A DNA stretch of 64,000 nt from Dehalococcoidia bacterium (GTDB lineage: Bacteria > Chloroflexota > Dehalococcoidia > Dehalococcoidales > W498): positions 42,879 through 106,878 of the forward strand of contig DUFC01000031.1 in assembly GCA_011191875.1 (NCBI GenBank), written 5' to 3'. Under the pieces are notes generated by a model. It was not told where the DNA came from. It ran no database searches and saw only the letters and a program-made list of their open reading frames with translations. The translations under genes were made by a program, and so were the position numbers. Below are positions 18,151-27,698 of the stretch, in pieces. Numbering within the stretch: the first letter of the stretch is position 1; the number at the start of each line of letters is the position of its first letter.

Positions 18151-18371
18151 CCAACTATAAGTTCGCTATTTCAACAGGTGTAGTCATGCTACATGCCCTG
18201 TGCACTGGTTGTCAAACGTCTAGCAAGCTCAAAAGGTAACAAACAGCTATTTTGTGCAGTTAATAGCATAGATATCGGCTGTAATCATAGTAAAGAGCAT
18301 GAAAGGGAACGAAAAGCGGTATCGCTGCTTAAAAATGTGTTACCAAGAGAAGGAATATTACATAAAACAAG

Positions 18372-18401
18372 AAGCCGGGAGCAATCAGTTACTCCCGGCT
18401 T
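18372..18401 (-). terminator. Rho-independent terminator-like hairpin (minus strand)
   Basis: AAGCCGGGAG / CTCCCGGCTT is a 10-bp stem with a 10-nt loop. On the minus strand it is followed by TTCTTGTTTTAT. Confidence 0.5.
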
Positions 18402-18949
18402 TCTCCTGCCCTGAGCAGCTAGACCGATCGGCGCCTTTATATAGCTGCTCAGGTACCCCCCCTATTGTCTATACCATTCTTGGCGTGTTCTCGCTAATAA
18501 GTAGACATACCGCTGGCGCTGAGACATGGTCAGCCATCTTAAGTGCAACAGAATCTCCTTAATGCAAGCAACCATCCTCATTAACCCCCTTTACTCAATT
18601 TGACCTGACCCGATAAAACGTGCCAATATCTTAACCCCAAATACCTCTAAGTTTTATAACCTATTAATAACCTATCTTACCTTACTATGTAAATCGCCCA
18701 AATGGGTTATAAACGGTAGTAATTTAGTACTAGCCTGAACCCGCACCTTCTCTCCTCCACCTTGTCGTCATCAAAACTGTGATAGATATCAACTGGGGGG
18801 ATAACTCTGGTAAAGAGGTAATAGGGTAAACTATAATGAGCTTGATAGACACCAGAGCAAATATAAGAAAACCATAGACATGAGCGATTTCAAAGGCTAA
18901 GTTCAGTTGCAGCCATTACCTGACATACTTAAAGAGGGGTAGCACAGGC

Positions 18950-19756
18950 GTGAGGAAAGTACTTATAATCAGCGTGATTCTTATAGCATTGGTTATCGTT
19001 AGCGGATGCATTTCACCGCGTGACGCCACTGGTGAGGGCATAAATGTCAGAGAATTCACTTTATTGACCGAAGACGGTACAACTATAAGCGTAAGCCATT
19101 TTCTGTACGGTCAACCAGATGTTTGTATACTTGCTCATGGTCTTATGGGCAGCAAGCATAGACCTTATATCACAAGACTTTCAGAAAGGTTGTCTGAACA
19201 CTTTGATATAATTACTTTTGATTTCCGTGGACATGGAGCAAGTGGCGGCGTTTGTAATGGTATGACGGAATTCTACGATATAAAAGCAGTTATTGATTAT
19301 GCTAAAAATAATGGGTATAAAGAAATCGCCTTGATAGGATTCTCTTTAGGCGGTATTGAAGGCATTGACGCAGTAGCAAAATTTCATGATATTGATGCCT
19401 TGGTTACTGTCAGCACGCCCGCCGATGTTGAAGCAATCAGACCATATGCAAAATGGCTATTCTGGATGGCTAACAACTGGTTCGGAAGGGTAATACTTCG
19501 GATATGGGTTAGATTAGACTATGCTCCCGAGTTCCCCAAACCTATAACAGTAATAGACCAAGTTTCTCCTATCCCAATACTTATAGTTCATGGTAGAGAG
19601 GATACTTTTATTGACTTCAGAGAGGCAGAAATACTTTACCAAAAAGCAAAAGAGCCAAAAGAACTGGTGATTATTGAAGGCATGAAGCACCCTCCAGACT
19701 TACCAGATGAATTTTACGATACAGTAGAAAATTGGCTGGAAGGATTGTTAAGGTAG
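18950..19756 (+). CDS. Alpha/beta hydrolase lipoprotein
   Basis: 268 aa with a GTG start and a signal peptide with lipobox (LVIVSGC). The HGLMGS oxyanion region, the GFSLGG nucleophile elbow and a C-terminal His (MKHP) are present. Confidence 0.75.
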   Translation: MRKVLIISVILIALVIVSGCISPRDATGEGINVREFTLLTEDGTTISVSHFLYGQPDVCILAHGLMGSKHRPYITRLSERLSEHFDIITFDFRGHGASGGVCNGMTEFYDIKAVIDYAKNNGYKEIALIGFSLGGIEGIDAVAKFHDIDALVTVSTPADVEAIRPYAKWLFWMANNWFGRVILRIWVRLDYAPEFPKPITVIDQVSPIPILIVHGREDTFIDFREAEILYQKAKEPKELVIIEGMKHPPDLPDEFYDTVENWLEGLLR

Positions 19757-19825
19757 TAGCTATTGACAGTTACCAAATCATAATGTAGGCTTATCCATAC
19801 TATAAAGGCAAGGAGGCATAGTCCA

Positions 19826-20155
19826 ATGGAGAAGACATCCACCGGGTTGGAGGAAAATATTGCCGGGCTACTATGTTATGTACTAGGTTGGATAAGTGGT
19901 CTCGTGTTTATCTTAATAGAGAAGGAGAACAAGTTTGTCCGCTTCCACGCTATACAGTCAATTCTCGTCTTCGGTATTCTTAATATTGTTGGTATTATCC
20001 TTAGCTGGATACCTCTTGTCGGATTATTTCTTTGGCCGATTATTTCCGTGCTCGGTCTAATACTATGGATAGTCTTGATGGTCAAAGCTTATCAGGGGAT
20101 AATGTTTAAGTTACCCTGGGCCGGTGACTTTGCTGAAAAACGGGTAGCTGATTAA
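19826..20155 (+). CDS. DUF4870-family small membrane protein
   Basis: 109 aa. IAGLLCYVLGWISGLVFILIEKENKFVRFHAIQS is the pattern I associate with DUF4870. Three to four TM helices. Confidence 0.7.
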   Translation: MEKTSTGLEENIAGLLCYVLGWISGLVFILIEKENKFVRFHAIQSILVFGILNIVGIILSWIPLVGLFLWPIISVLGLILWIVLMVKAYQGIMFKLPWAGDFAEKRVAD

Positions 20156-20190
20156 ATTATCTATTAGCCAAATCGTTCAACTAACAGACA

Positions 20191-20219
20191 GAATAGAAGC
20201 CCCAGCAGGGCTTCTATTC
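20191..20219. terminator. Bidirectional terminator hairpin between convergent genes
   Basis: GAATAGAAGCCC cagca GGGCTTCTATTC is a perfect 12-bp stem. It lies between the DUF4870 gene stop and the lgt stop. Confidence 0.6.
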
Positions 20220-20220
20220 A

Positions 20221-21039
20221 TTATTCGGTATCCCCCTCCGCCCTTACCCACCGTGTCTTAAAAATCAGTATAGGAACGGTAATGGCTAATACTATTATGG
20301 CTGTCACCTGAGCCTGGTGTAAACCAAAGAGAAAGGGTGTCCCATCTCGCAGGAAATCAATTCCAAAGCGCCATAGCGAGTAAAGACTAAGATAGACGAG
20401 AAATATTGAGCCGCTAGGTTTGAGTCGCCCCTTTAGTGTAAGTAAAACCGTAAAAACTATCAGACAAAATATAATTTCATAGACCTGCGTAGGGTGAATA
20501 GCTATCCCAAGAGGGGCAAAGCTATCAGGGTGAGTATAGATAACACCCCAGGGAAGGGAAGTTGGCTTACCATAACAGCAACCATTTATGGTGCAGCCTA
20601 CCCTACCTATAGCCTGAGCCAATATGACGCCTGGTGCTACCAAATCAGCTATGTAACCAAACTGGAAATGGCTAAACTTACTAAAAACCCAGATGCCCAG
20701 GGCAGCACCTAAAACAGCGCCATAGATAGTCAGACCGCCGCCACTAAAAATCTGCTCCGGGTGTTGAGTGTAGTCAACTATATGGTCAGCGAATTCAGGG
20801 TGTAATTTTGAAATAATTATATAATCAACAACATGGAGCAACTTTGATATCACTATCCCGGAAGGAATGCCTACCAGTGCCCCGGTAAGAACGGTATCAT
20901 AGGAAAGATTAGCCCCCCTTCTTACCTGCCACAGCATCCACATAACTATCACCACAATGGCCAGGGCAACCATAATGCCATACCATCTGACGCTGACTGG
21001 TCCTACGGTGACTATTGGGTTGATACTTATAGTAATCAA
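20221..21039 (-). CDS. lgt: Prolipoprotein diacylglyceryl transferase
   Basis: 272 aa polytopic membrane protein. The motifs IRWYG-like (VSVRWYGIM), GRVGCTINGCCYG and HPTQVYE are typical of Lgt. Confidence 0.9.
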   Translation of the reverse strand: MITISINPIVTVGPVSVRWYGIMVALAIVVIVMWMLWQVRRGANLSYDTVLTGALVGIPSGIVISKLLHVVDYIIISKLHPEFADHIVDYTQHPEQIFSGGGLTIYGAVLGAALGIWVFSKFSHFQFGYIADLVAPGVILAQAIGRVGCTINGCCYGKPTSLPWGVIYTHPDSFAPLGIAIHPTQVYEIIFCLIVFTVLLTLKGRLKPSGSIFLVYLSLYSLWRFGIDFLRDGTPFLFGLHQAQVTAIIVLAITVPILIFKTRWVRAEGDTE

Positions 21040-21073
21040 TACTTCCTCAACAAATTAAGGGTATTTAATAACC

Positions 21074-21148
21074 CCATCCCCCTGTATCCCCCTCCCCCTT
21101 CGACAGGGGGATGGAGAAGTTTGTTTCTAGAGGGGCTTTAACCCTCTA
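21074..21148. repeat. G/C-tract hairpin cluster (CCATCCCCCTG...CAGGGGGATGG; TAGAGGG...CCCTCTA)
   Basis: An 11-bp perfect stem (21074-21084 / 21104-21114) and a 7-bp stem (21128-21134 / 21142-21148) lie just downstream of the helicase stop. Same style as 2770-2910. Confidence 0.6.
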
Positions 21149-21172
21149 AAACTCCCCTCATTCTACCACAGG

Positions 21173-23473
21173 TTAATGGGACAATAACCCTTCAAGCAAC
21201 ACCTGGGCTGCTTTCTTATCCAGAGGTTTATTATTATTACCACACTTAGGCGACTGGATGCAGCTAGGGCAACCCTCCTGACATGGGCAGTCGGTAATCG
21301 CCCTCAGTGTAGCTTGCCACAGTTCCTCTATTATGTCAAAGCCTTTCTCGGCAATGCCGATGCCGCCGGGATAGGCATCATAAATAAAAACCTGAGCTCT
21401 TCCGGTATCAGGATGAAATGGGATAGATACACCACCAATATCATTGCGGTCACAAAGAGCGAACAAGGGAAGGATAGCTATAGCCGCATGCTCAACAGCA
21501 TGTAACCCCCCGGCAAAGTCCAGTTGCTCCTTGACCAGCCGAGCCACAGCCTCAGGCGGTAGGTCAAACCACAGAGCAACGGTAGGAAAATGCTGAGGTG
21601 GTAGGTCAAGGGACTCCTCCCCAATTACCTCTTCAGTGAATTGTGCCTTCTTCCTGAAGCCAACCACAGTAGTGGTAACCTCTACCTCCCCCAAGTATAC
21701 CTTTACCTGCCCACAGCTCTTTGTATGGGTTACCCTGACAATGTGCAAATCAGTGATGTCCTTAGCCTGGGTATAGTAAGTAGCAGTGGTCGGCACACCA
21801 TAAGCGGTTCGGCCAGTCAGGTCAAGCTCGGTAACCAGATAAGATTCTCCCTGATGAAGGTAGATAGCACCAGTATGTATTTGAAAGAAGGCAACACTAG
21901 CCTCTACCGTCTCCAGTAACGAACCAGTTGAGGCATCTATAAGAGCAAAGCTCTCCCCACAGGTGGAACGAATACTGATGCTTTGAGCCGGGTAGGCGAT
22001 AACTGGTGAAAGATACCACTTCCTAATACGCTCCCTGAGTATGCCCTGCATCTCCAGCTCTGCCCTTTCTTCGTTTGAGGTAGGGCCAAAAAACTTCTCA
22101 TCATCACTAGTTAGCGGTAACTCCCAAGCCGCACACAGGAGATGGGCTCTCAAAATGTAGGGGTTAGTGGGATTAACCAGAGTATTCTCAACACTTTTAT
22201 GAAAAAAGGAATCGGGGTGACGCACAAGATACTGATCCAGTGGATTATCCAGAGCTATTAAAAAACTCAGCGACCCGTCTCTACCCCGACCACTCCTACC
22301 TGCTTGCTGCCAGGTGCTGGCGATGCTGCCCGGATAGCCAGTAAGCACCGTAGCCTCCAGGTCACCAATATCTATGCCTAACTCTAAAGCGGTAGTAGCC
22401 ACCACACCTAGAAGTTCTCCAGCGAATAGCTCTTGCTCTATTTGACGACGCTCCTGAGGAAGATAACCAGCTCGATAAGCCTTAATTCGCTTTGCCAGCA
22501 CTGGGTTAGCTTCAGCCAACCTCTGTCTTGAATAGGTATAAATAAGCTCAGTCAGCCGACGACTACGAGCAAAGGTTAAACAACGGATATTGCGGCTCAC
22601 TAACTCGGTGAACAGGCTTGTGGCTTCACTATTAGCACTACGGCGAACGCTCCTAGCCTCATCTATGAGCGGGGGATTCCAGAAGACAAAGTCCTTTCCA
22701 CCATGAGGAGAGCCATCATTGTCAACCACCACAAATGGTAAACCTACCAGTCTTTCGGCATGCTCACCAGGATTAGCTATAGTAGCTGAACAGCAAATGA
22801 ACTGGGGGTTTGAGCCATATAAGTTACACAGACGGCGTAGGCGGCGCAGTATACAGGCTACATGAGAACCAAAAACACCACGGTAGGTATGTGTTTCGTC
22901 TACCACCACATACCTCAAGTGGCGCAGTAGCCCTGACCAGGCTTGATGATTAGGCAATATGCCAATGTGGAGCATATCCGGATTGGTAAGTATTACCCTG
23001 GCTCGCTTCCTTATCTCAGCCCGCTCAACCTGGGGGGTATCACCATCAAAGGTGTCGAAATCATCTTGTTTGAATAGACTGGGGCAGAATAGCTCTCGTA
23101 AGCCACGCAGCTGGTCCTGAGCCAGGGCTTTGGTAGGGAAGAGGTAAAGAGCACGACTGCTCTTCTCAGTTAAAATCGCCTCAAGCACAGCGATGTTATA
23201 GCATAGTGTCTTTCCACTGGCACTTGAAGTTGCCACCATCACATTCTTACCGCGCTGGGCATCATTCACCGCCTCAGCCTGATGAGTATAAAGAGGTAAT
23301 AACCTATGCTCATTGAGACAATTTTGAAGACCACTAGTCAGAGGCTTATCCAACTCAGCACAGTTTGCTTCACAAGGTGGGATATGCTCAATATGAGTAA
23401 TCTGACCGCTATAATTAGGTTTAGTTGTAAGATGATAGAGGAAGGCTGAGGTATCCATTATGGCTCTCGTCAA
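21173..23473 (-). CDS. DEAD/DEAH-box helicase with C-terminal DUF1998 zinc domain (MrfA/YprA-like)
   Basis: 766 aa with Walker A (TSSASGKT), the DEAH-type box VVDETH, helicase C motifs (QQAGRSGR) and a C-terminal four-Cys cluster CPCQEGCPSCIQSPKCGNNN. Confidence 0.85.
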   Translation of the reverse strand: MTRAIMDTSAFLYHLTTKPNYSGQITHIEHIPPCEANCAELDKPLTSGLQNCLNEHRLLPLYTHQAEAVNDAQRGKNVMVATSSASGKTLCYNIAVLEAILTEKSSRALYLFPTKALAQDQLRGLRELFCPSLFKQDDFDTFDGDTPQVERAEIRKRARVILTNPDMLHIGILPNHQAWSGLLRHLRYVVVDETHTYRGVFGSHVACILRRLRRLCNLYGSNPQFICCSATIANPGEHAERLVGLPFVVVDNDGSPHGGKDFVFWNPPLIDEARSVRRSANSEATSLFTELVSRNIRCLTFARSRRLTELIYTYSRQRLAEANPVLAKRIKAYRAGYLPQERRQIEQELFAGELLGVVATTALELGIDIGDLEATVLTGYPGSIASTWQQAGRSGRGRDGSLSFLIALDNPLDQYLVRHPDSFFHKSVENTLVNPTNPYILRAHLLCAAWELPLTSDDEKFFGPTSNEERAELEMQGILRERIRKWYLSPVIAYPAQSISIRSTCGESFALIDASTGSLLETVEASVAFFQIHTGAIYLHQGESYLVTELDLTGRTAYGVPTTATYYTQAKDITDLHIVRVTHTKSCGQVKVYLGEVEVTTTVVGFRKKAQFTEEVIGEESLDLPPQHFPTVALWFDLPPEAVARLVKEQLDFAGGLHAVEHAAIAILPLFALCDRNDIGGVSIPFHPDTGRAQVFIYDAYPGGIGIAEKGFDIIEELWQATLRAITDCPCQEGCPSCIQSPKCGNNNKPLDKKAAQVLLEGLLSH

Positions 23474-23486
23474 ATTTACCGATTAC

Positions 23487-23780
23487 TTAAAGAACAGGTA
23501 GAATCTCAATTTCATAATTGAGCATCTCTATCTCAAACCGACTACCAGTAATAAAGTTCACTGCCTTTGACAGGACTTCATTAACATAACGCTTATTGTT
23601 GCTCACACAACAAATACCCAATGTAGCCAATTGCCATAGATTCTGGTTGTCAACCTCAGCCACAGAAATATTGAATCTACTTCTAACCTGGGTAGTAATA
23701 GACTTAACCACCCGCCGCTTACCCTTGAGAGATAGATTTCCAGGTAAGTGAAGCTCAACCCTACACACGCCAATATGCAT
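23487..23780 (-). CDS. DUF503 (YlxP-like) protein
   Basis: 97 aa. MHIGVCRVELHLPGNLSLKGKRRVVKSI...RFNISVAEVD matches the DUF503 pattern. Confidence 0.75.
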   Translation of the reverse strand: MHIGVCRVELHLPGNLSLKGKRRVVKSITTQVRSRFNISVAEVDNQNLWQLATLGICCVSNNKRYVNEVLSKAVNFITGSRFEIEMLNYEIEILPVL

Positions 23781-23814
23781 GACCTAAATAGTTACCACTA
23801 ACCGGATAGAAAGC

Positions 23815-24108
23815 TTAAAGGGATTGTTTCTGCTTAGTGTAGCACTCACGGCAATAGACGGGACGCCCTTCCCTAGGCTCAAAGGGAACTGTAGCTTCTT
23901 TACCGCACTCAGCACATATTACAGTATACATCTGCCGTGGCTGATTATCGCTACCCCAACGCTCTTTTCGCCGAGCAGCACGACATTGCGGACAACGGCT
24001 AGGTTCATTTTGCAAACCGCGTGACAAATAGAACTCCTGCTCACCAACGGTGAAGACAAAGCTCTGCCCGCAATCACGGCACTCTAGGGTTTTGTCTTCC
24101 AGCGCCAT
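23815..24108 (-). CDS. Zinc-ribbon protein (CxxC-x17-CxxC type, two copies)
   Basis: The listed ORF extends to 24180, but the ATG at 24108 (MALEDKT) is preceded by GGAGGTGCAGTT. It carries CRDC...CPQC and CAEC...CREC pairs. Confidence 0.7.
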   Translation of the reverse strand: MALEDKTLECRDCGQSFVFTVGEQEFYLSRGLQNEPSRCPQCRAARRKERWGSDNQPRQMYTVICAECGKEATVPFEPREGRPVYCRECYTKQKQSL

Positions 24109-24253
24109 AACTGCACCTCCTTTAACTTTGTTACCCCCCTTGTTTTCGGTGCAATCTCCGGCTCCAAAACCCCTTACCAAATTGCTTTGCTACACGCCAA
24201 GCAGAGTCCGAGTTTAGAAACAACACTGAACCAAGGTATCTAATACAATTCTC

Positions 24254-24282
24254 ACTATACTCCCTGTAGGTGGTCAAGTCAA
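24254..24282 (-). promoter_or_regulatory. Near-consensus promoter for the Zn-ribbon/DUF503/helicase unit
   Basis: The minus strand reads TTGACT-N17-TATAGT (-35 at 24282-24277, -10 at 24259-24254). Confidence 0.5.
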
Positions 24283-24304
24283 GGCTAGAAATGGACCGCA
24301 CAAA

Positions 24305-24333
24305 TTTACAGCCAACTAGAGTTATGCTATAAT
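24305..24333 (+). promoter_or_regulatory. Near-consensus promoter for rpsO-pnp
   Basis: TTTACA (24305-24310), a 17-nt spacer, then TATAAT (24328-24333), about 60 nt upstream of the rpsO TTG start. Confidence 0.55.
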
Positions 24334-24392
24334 CGGTTGAATTATGGAACAGTTATTATTTACCAGGATAGCTAGAAATAGAGGAGTATAAT

Positions 24393-24656
24393 TTGGACAA
24401 AGAGAAAAAGACAGAAATCATAAACAAATATGGACTCAGTGAAGGAGATACTGGCTCGACCGAGGTTCAGGTAGCTCTGCTTACAGAGAGGATAAACCAA
24501 TTAACCGGGCACATGGCGGCTAATCGACATGACTACCACTCGCAACGTGGGTTACTTAAGCTGGTAGGGCAGAGAAGAAGGCTATTAGCTTACTTGAGCA
24601 AACTGGATGTAGGTCGGTATCACAACTTAATTGCTAGTCTTGGTCTACGTAAGTAA
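24393..24656 (+). CDS. rpsO: 30S ribosomal protein S15
   Basis: 87 aa with a TTG start after [29 protein letters not shown]...[23 protein letters not shown] is canonical S15. Confidence 0.95.
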   Translation: MDKEKKTEIINKYGLSEGDTGSTEVQVALLTERINQLTGHMAANRHDYHSQRGLLKLVGQRRRLLAYLSKLDVGRYHNLIASLGLRK

Positions 24657-24677
24657 AACTTTTTAACAGGGGGAGTA

Positions 24678-26870
24678 TTGACAATATCTAATTCTTTTGA
24701 GTGTGAGGTTGGCGGTAGGAGTCTCATCATAGACACAGGAAAACTAGCTGGGCAAGCTAGTGGAGCAGTAACCGTCCGCTATGGAGACACTGTAGTTCTA
24801 GTTACTGTTTGCACCAGCGATAAACCACGAGAGGGGATAGATTTTCTGCCACTAACCGTTGATTATGAAGAACGACTATATGCTGCCGGTAAAATCCCGG
24901 GCGGCTTTATCAGAAGGGAAGGGCGTCCCAGCCAGGAGGCAACCTTAGCTTGCCGGCTTACTGACCGTCCGCTACGTCCGCTTCTGCCCAAGGGATGGCG
25001 TAATGATATTCAGCTTATAGCCACTGTTCTTTCTGCCGATCAAGAAAATGACCCTGATACCCTAGCTGTTATTGGTAGCTCAGCCGCCCTATCAATATCA
25101 GAAGTGCCATTTGGCGGTCCAGTTAGTGCTGTCCATATTGGCTATATTGACGGCGAGCTAATATTGAATCCAACATTAGCCCAGATGGAAAGCAGTCAGA
25201 TTGACTTAGTCGTGGCTAGCACCAAGCAGGCAATAGCAATGATAGAGGCAGGAGCCGGAGAGATATCAGAAGATATTGTTATCCAGGCAATTGAATTTGG
25301 GCACAAGGCAAACCAAGATATTATCAAGCTTCAAGAGCAGCTTCAGCAAGCTTGCGGTAAAAGTAAGAAGGAAGCTCCTATCAGTAAGATTAACCCCGAG
25401 GTAGTATCAGCCATCTCACCAATTGTTAATGGCAGCCTTGCCCAAGCCTTAAGCCAATCAGAGAAGTCACAGCGCGGACAGGAACTCCGCAAGCTGCAGC
25501 AAGAACTTATAGAGGGTCTAGGCGATTCATTCCCTGAACAGGAAATAATTTCCGCTTTTGATGCGAAAGTTAGGGATGAAATAAGAACTACTATCCTTGA
25601 CAAGGCAAAGCGTATTGATGGTCGCAGTCTGACAGATGTCCGACCCATTAGCTGTGAAATAGGGCTTCTGCCCCGCACCCATGGCTCAGCTTTATTCACT
25701 CGAGGTCTAACGCAAGTACTGACAATCGCTACTCTGGGCTCTACCAACATGGAGCAGCAACTTGATGGACTAGGTATCGAGGAAACTAAACGTTTCATCC
25801 ACCACTACAATTTCCCTCCCTTCTCCAGCGGTGAGGTGAGCCGTATGGGTTCACCCGGTCGCCGTGAAATCGGGCACGGCGCCCTAGCCGAGCGGGCTAT
25901 CACACCAGTGCTACCTAAGGATGAAGATTTCCCTTACACTATTCGCCTTGTCTCAGAGATATTGAGCTCCAGTGGCAGCACATCTATGGCCAGTGTTTGT
26001 GCCTCAAGCTTATCCCTGATGGATGCTGGAATACCCACCAAGGCAGCAGTAGCCGGGATTGCTATGGGCTTAGTCACTAATGACAAAGGAGACTATGCTA
26101 TTCTAACTGATATTGAAGGCATTGAGGATGCCTACGGTGATATGGACTTTAAGGTAGCCGGCACTAATAAAGGGATTACTGCCCTCCAGCTAGATACTAA
26201 GCTGAAAGGCATAAGCCTGGAGATCTTGGAGAATTCGCTAAATCAAGCCAAGGAAGCTCGCCTATTTATTCTGGAAAAAATGGGGCAGACTATTAGTTCC
26301 AGTCGACCTGAGATCAGCCCCTATGCGCCACAAATGTACAAAATAATGATTAACCCTGATAAAATTGGTAGCGTAATTGGCACCGGCGGCAAGACAATCA
26401 GGTCAATCACCGCTGAGACTAAAGTAACTATTGATATCAATAATGATGGCACCGTGATTATTGGCTCACCTGATGAGAAAGCAGCTCGTAGAGCCATTGA
26501 AATCATCGAAAATTTAACTAAAGAGGTAGAAGTTGGTAGTATCTATACCGGGAAAGTAACACGTGTGCTAGACTTCGGCGCTATGGTAGAAATTCTTCCT
26601 GGCAAAGAAGGCTTGGTTCACATCAGTGAACTGGCTGAATATCGAGTACCCAAGGTTGAGGATGTAGCTAAAATAGGTGACGAGATTACGGTTAAAGTAA
26701 TTAGCATTGATAATCTGGGTAGGATAAACCTATCACGACGAGCTGTGTTTGAAAAGCTTTCTCAGATGCCCGGAGCTAGCGTAACGGATTCACCATCTAC
26801 AGACTACCCATTCAAAAGACGCGGGGTTCGTTCCCCTCAACATCCCTCTAAGAACAGTAGGAATAGGTAG
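24678..26870 (+). CDS. pnp: Polyribonucleotide nucleotidyltransferase (PNPase)
   Basis: 730 aa with two RNase PH domains, KH (GKTIRSI) and S1 (GKVTRVLDFGAMVEILPGKEGLVHISE). Confidence 0.95.
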   Translation: MTISNSFECEVGGRSLIIDTGKLAGQASGAVTVRYGDTVVLVTVCTSDKPREGIDFLPLTVDYEERLYAAGKIPGGFIRREGRPSQEATLACRLTDRPLRPLLPKGWRNDIQLIATVLSADQENDPDTLAVIGSSAALSISEVPFGGPVSAVHIGYIDGELILNPTLAQMESSQIDLVVASTKQAIAMIEAGAGEISEDIVIQAIEFGHKANQDIIKLQEQLQQACGKSKKEAPISKINPEVVSAISPIVNGSLAQALSQSEKSQRGQELRKLQQELIEGLGDSFPEQEIISAFDAKVRDEIRTTILDKAKRIDGRSLTDVRPISCEIGLLPRTHGSALFTRGLTQVLTIATLGSTNMEQQLDGLGIEETKRFIHHYNFPPFSSGEVSRMGSPGRREIGHGALAERAITPVLPKDEDFPYTIRLVSEILSSSGSTSMASVCASSLSLMDAGIPTKAAVAGIAMGLVTNDKGDYAILTDIEGIEDAYGDMDFKVAGTNKGITALQLDTKLKGISLEILENSLNQAKEARLFILEKMGQTISSSRPEISPYAPQMYKIMINPDKIGSVIGTGGKTIRSITAETKVTIDINNDGTVIIGSPDEKAARRAIEIIENLTKEVEVGSIYTGKVTRVLDFGAMVEILPGKEGLVHISELAEYRVPKVEDVAKIGDEITVKVISIDNLGRINLSRRAVFEKLSQMPGASVTDSPSTDYPFKRRGVRSPQHPSKNSRNR

Positions 26871-26891
26871 CGCTATTATAAGGGATAGGTT

Positions 26892-27689
26892 ATGAAGCCA
26901 ATAAGGGTAGTAGTTTACGGTGCATCAGGTAAAATGGGGCGAGAGATTATTAATTCTCTGTGTTCCCACCCTGAAATAGAGATAGTCGGTGCGGTGGAGC
27001 TAGAAGTCTCTGAGGAGTTCTACCTACCTCTGCTTGATGGGTGTGAGGCAATACCCTTTTCTTCCAATCTAGACTATATTCTTACCACTTGCCAGCCTGA
27101 TGTGTTAGTAGATTTCACCACTGCCCAAGCTACTATGCCAGCAGTGCGCACTACCACTGAACATGGCGTTAACTTGGTAATAGGAACCACTGGGTTAACC
27201 GTTGATGAGCTTAGTGAGATTGACCGATTAGCCTTAGAGCACCAGGTTGGGGCAGTAGTAGCTCCAAACTTCGCTCTAGGAGCAGTCCTAATGATGCACC
27301 TAGCCAAGGTAGCCGCTAAATACTTTGACTATGCCGAAATAATAGAACTACACCACCACCAAAAAGCCGACTCCCCATCAGGAACTGCTCTGTCTACAGC
27401 CAAAGTAATGGCTCAAGCCAGAGGTAAACCATTCTGCTGCCTTTCAGAACAAGAGGAAGCCCCTAGCAGCCGAGGAGAGCAAGTTGAAGGTGTTACTATT
27501 CATAGTGTCCGCCTGCCCGGACTCTTGGCACACCAAGAAGTCATCTTGGGCGCGCCAGGGCAAACACTAAGCATACATCACGATACCATCAGTCGGGAAT
27601 GCTACATGCCAGGCGTTTTACTAGCCATTAAGGAAGTGCTCAAACACAAAGGACTGGTATATGGTTTAGATACTCTGCTCGGCTTATAG
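26892..27689 (+). CDS. dapB: 4-hydroxy-tetrahydrodipicolinate reductase
   Basis: 265 aa with the N-terminal Rossmann motif GASGKMG and the core ELHHHQKADSPSGTA. Confidence 0.9.
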   Translation: MKPIRVVVYGASGKMGREIINSLCSHPEIEIVGAVELEVSEEFYLPLLDGCEAIPFSSNLDYILTTCQPDVLVDFTTAQATMPAVRTTTEHGVNLVIGTTGLTVDELSEIDRLALEHQVGAVVAPNFALGAVLMMHLAKVAAKYFDYAEIIELHHHQKADSPSGTALSTAKVMAQARGKPFCCLSEQEEAPSSRGEQVEGVTIHSVRLPGLLAHQEVILGAPGQTLSIHHDTISRECYMPGVLLAIKEVLKHKGLVYGLDTLLGL

Positions 27690-27698
27690 GAGGGAATA

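Noticed and set aside
15813-18186. Shared 9-mer GTGTAGTCA in both flanks of the GC-rich peptidase gene (15813-15821 and 18178-18186) as possible insertion-site direct repeats
   Set aside because: A single 9-nt match between 171-bp and 800-bp flanks is roughly what chance predicts. The neighbouring bases do not extend the match.
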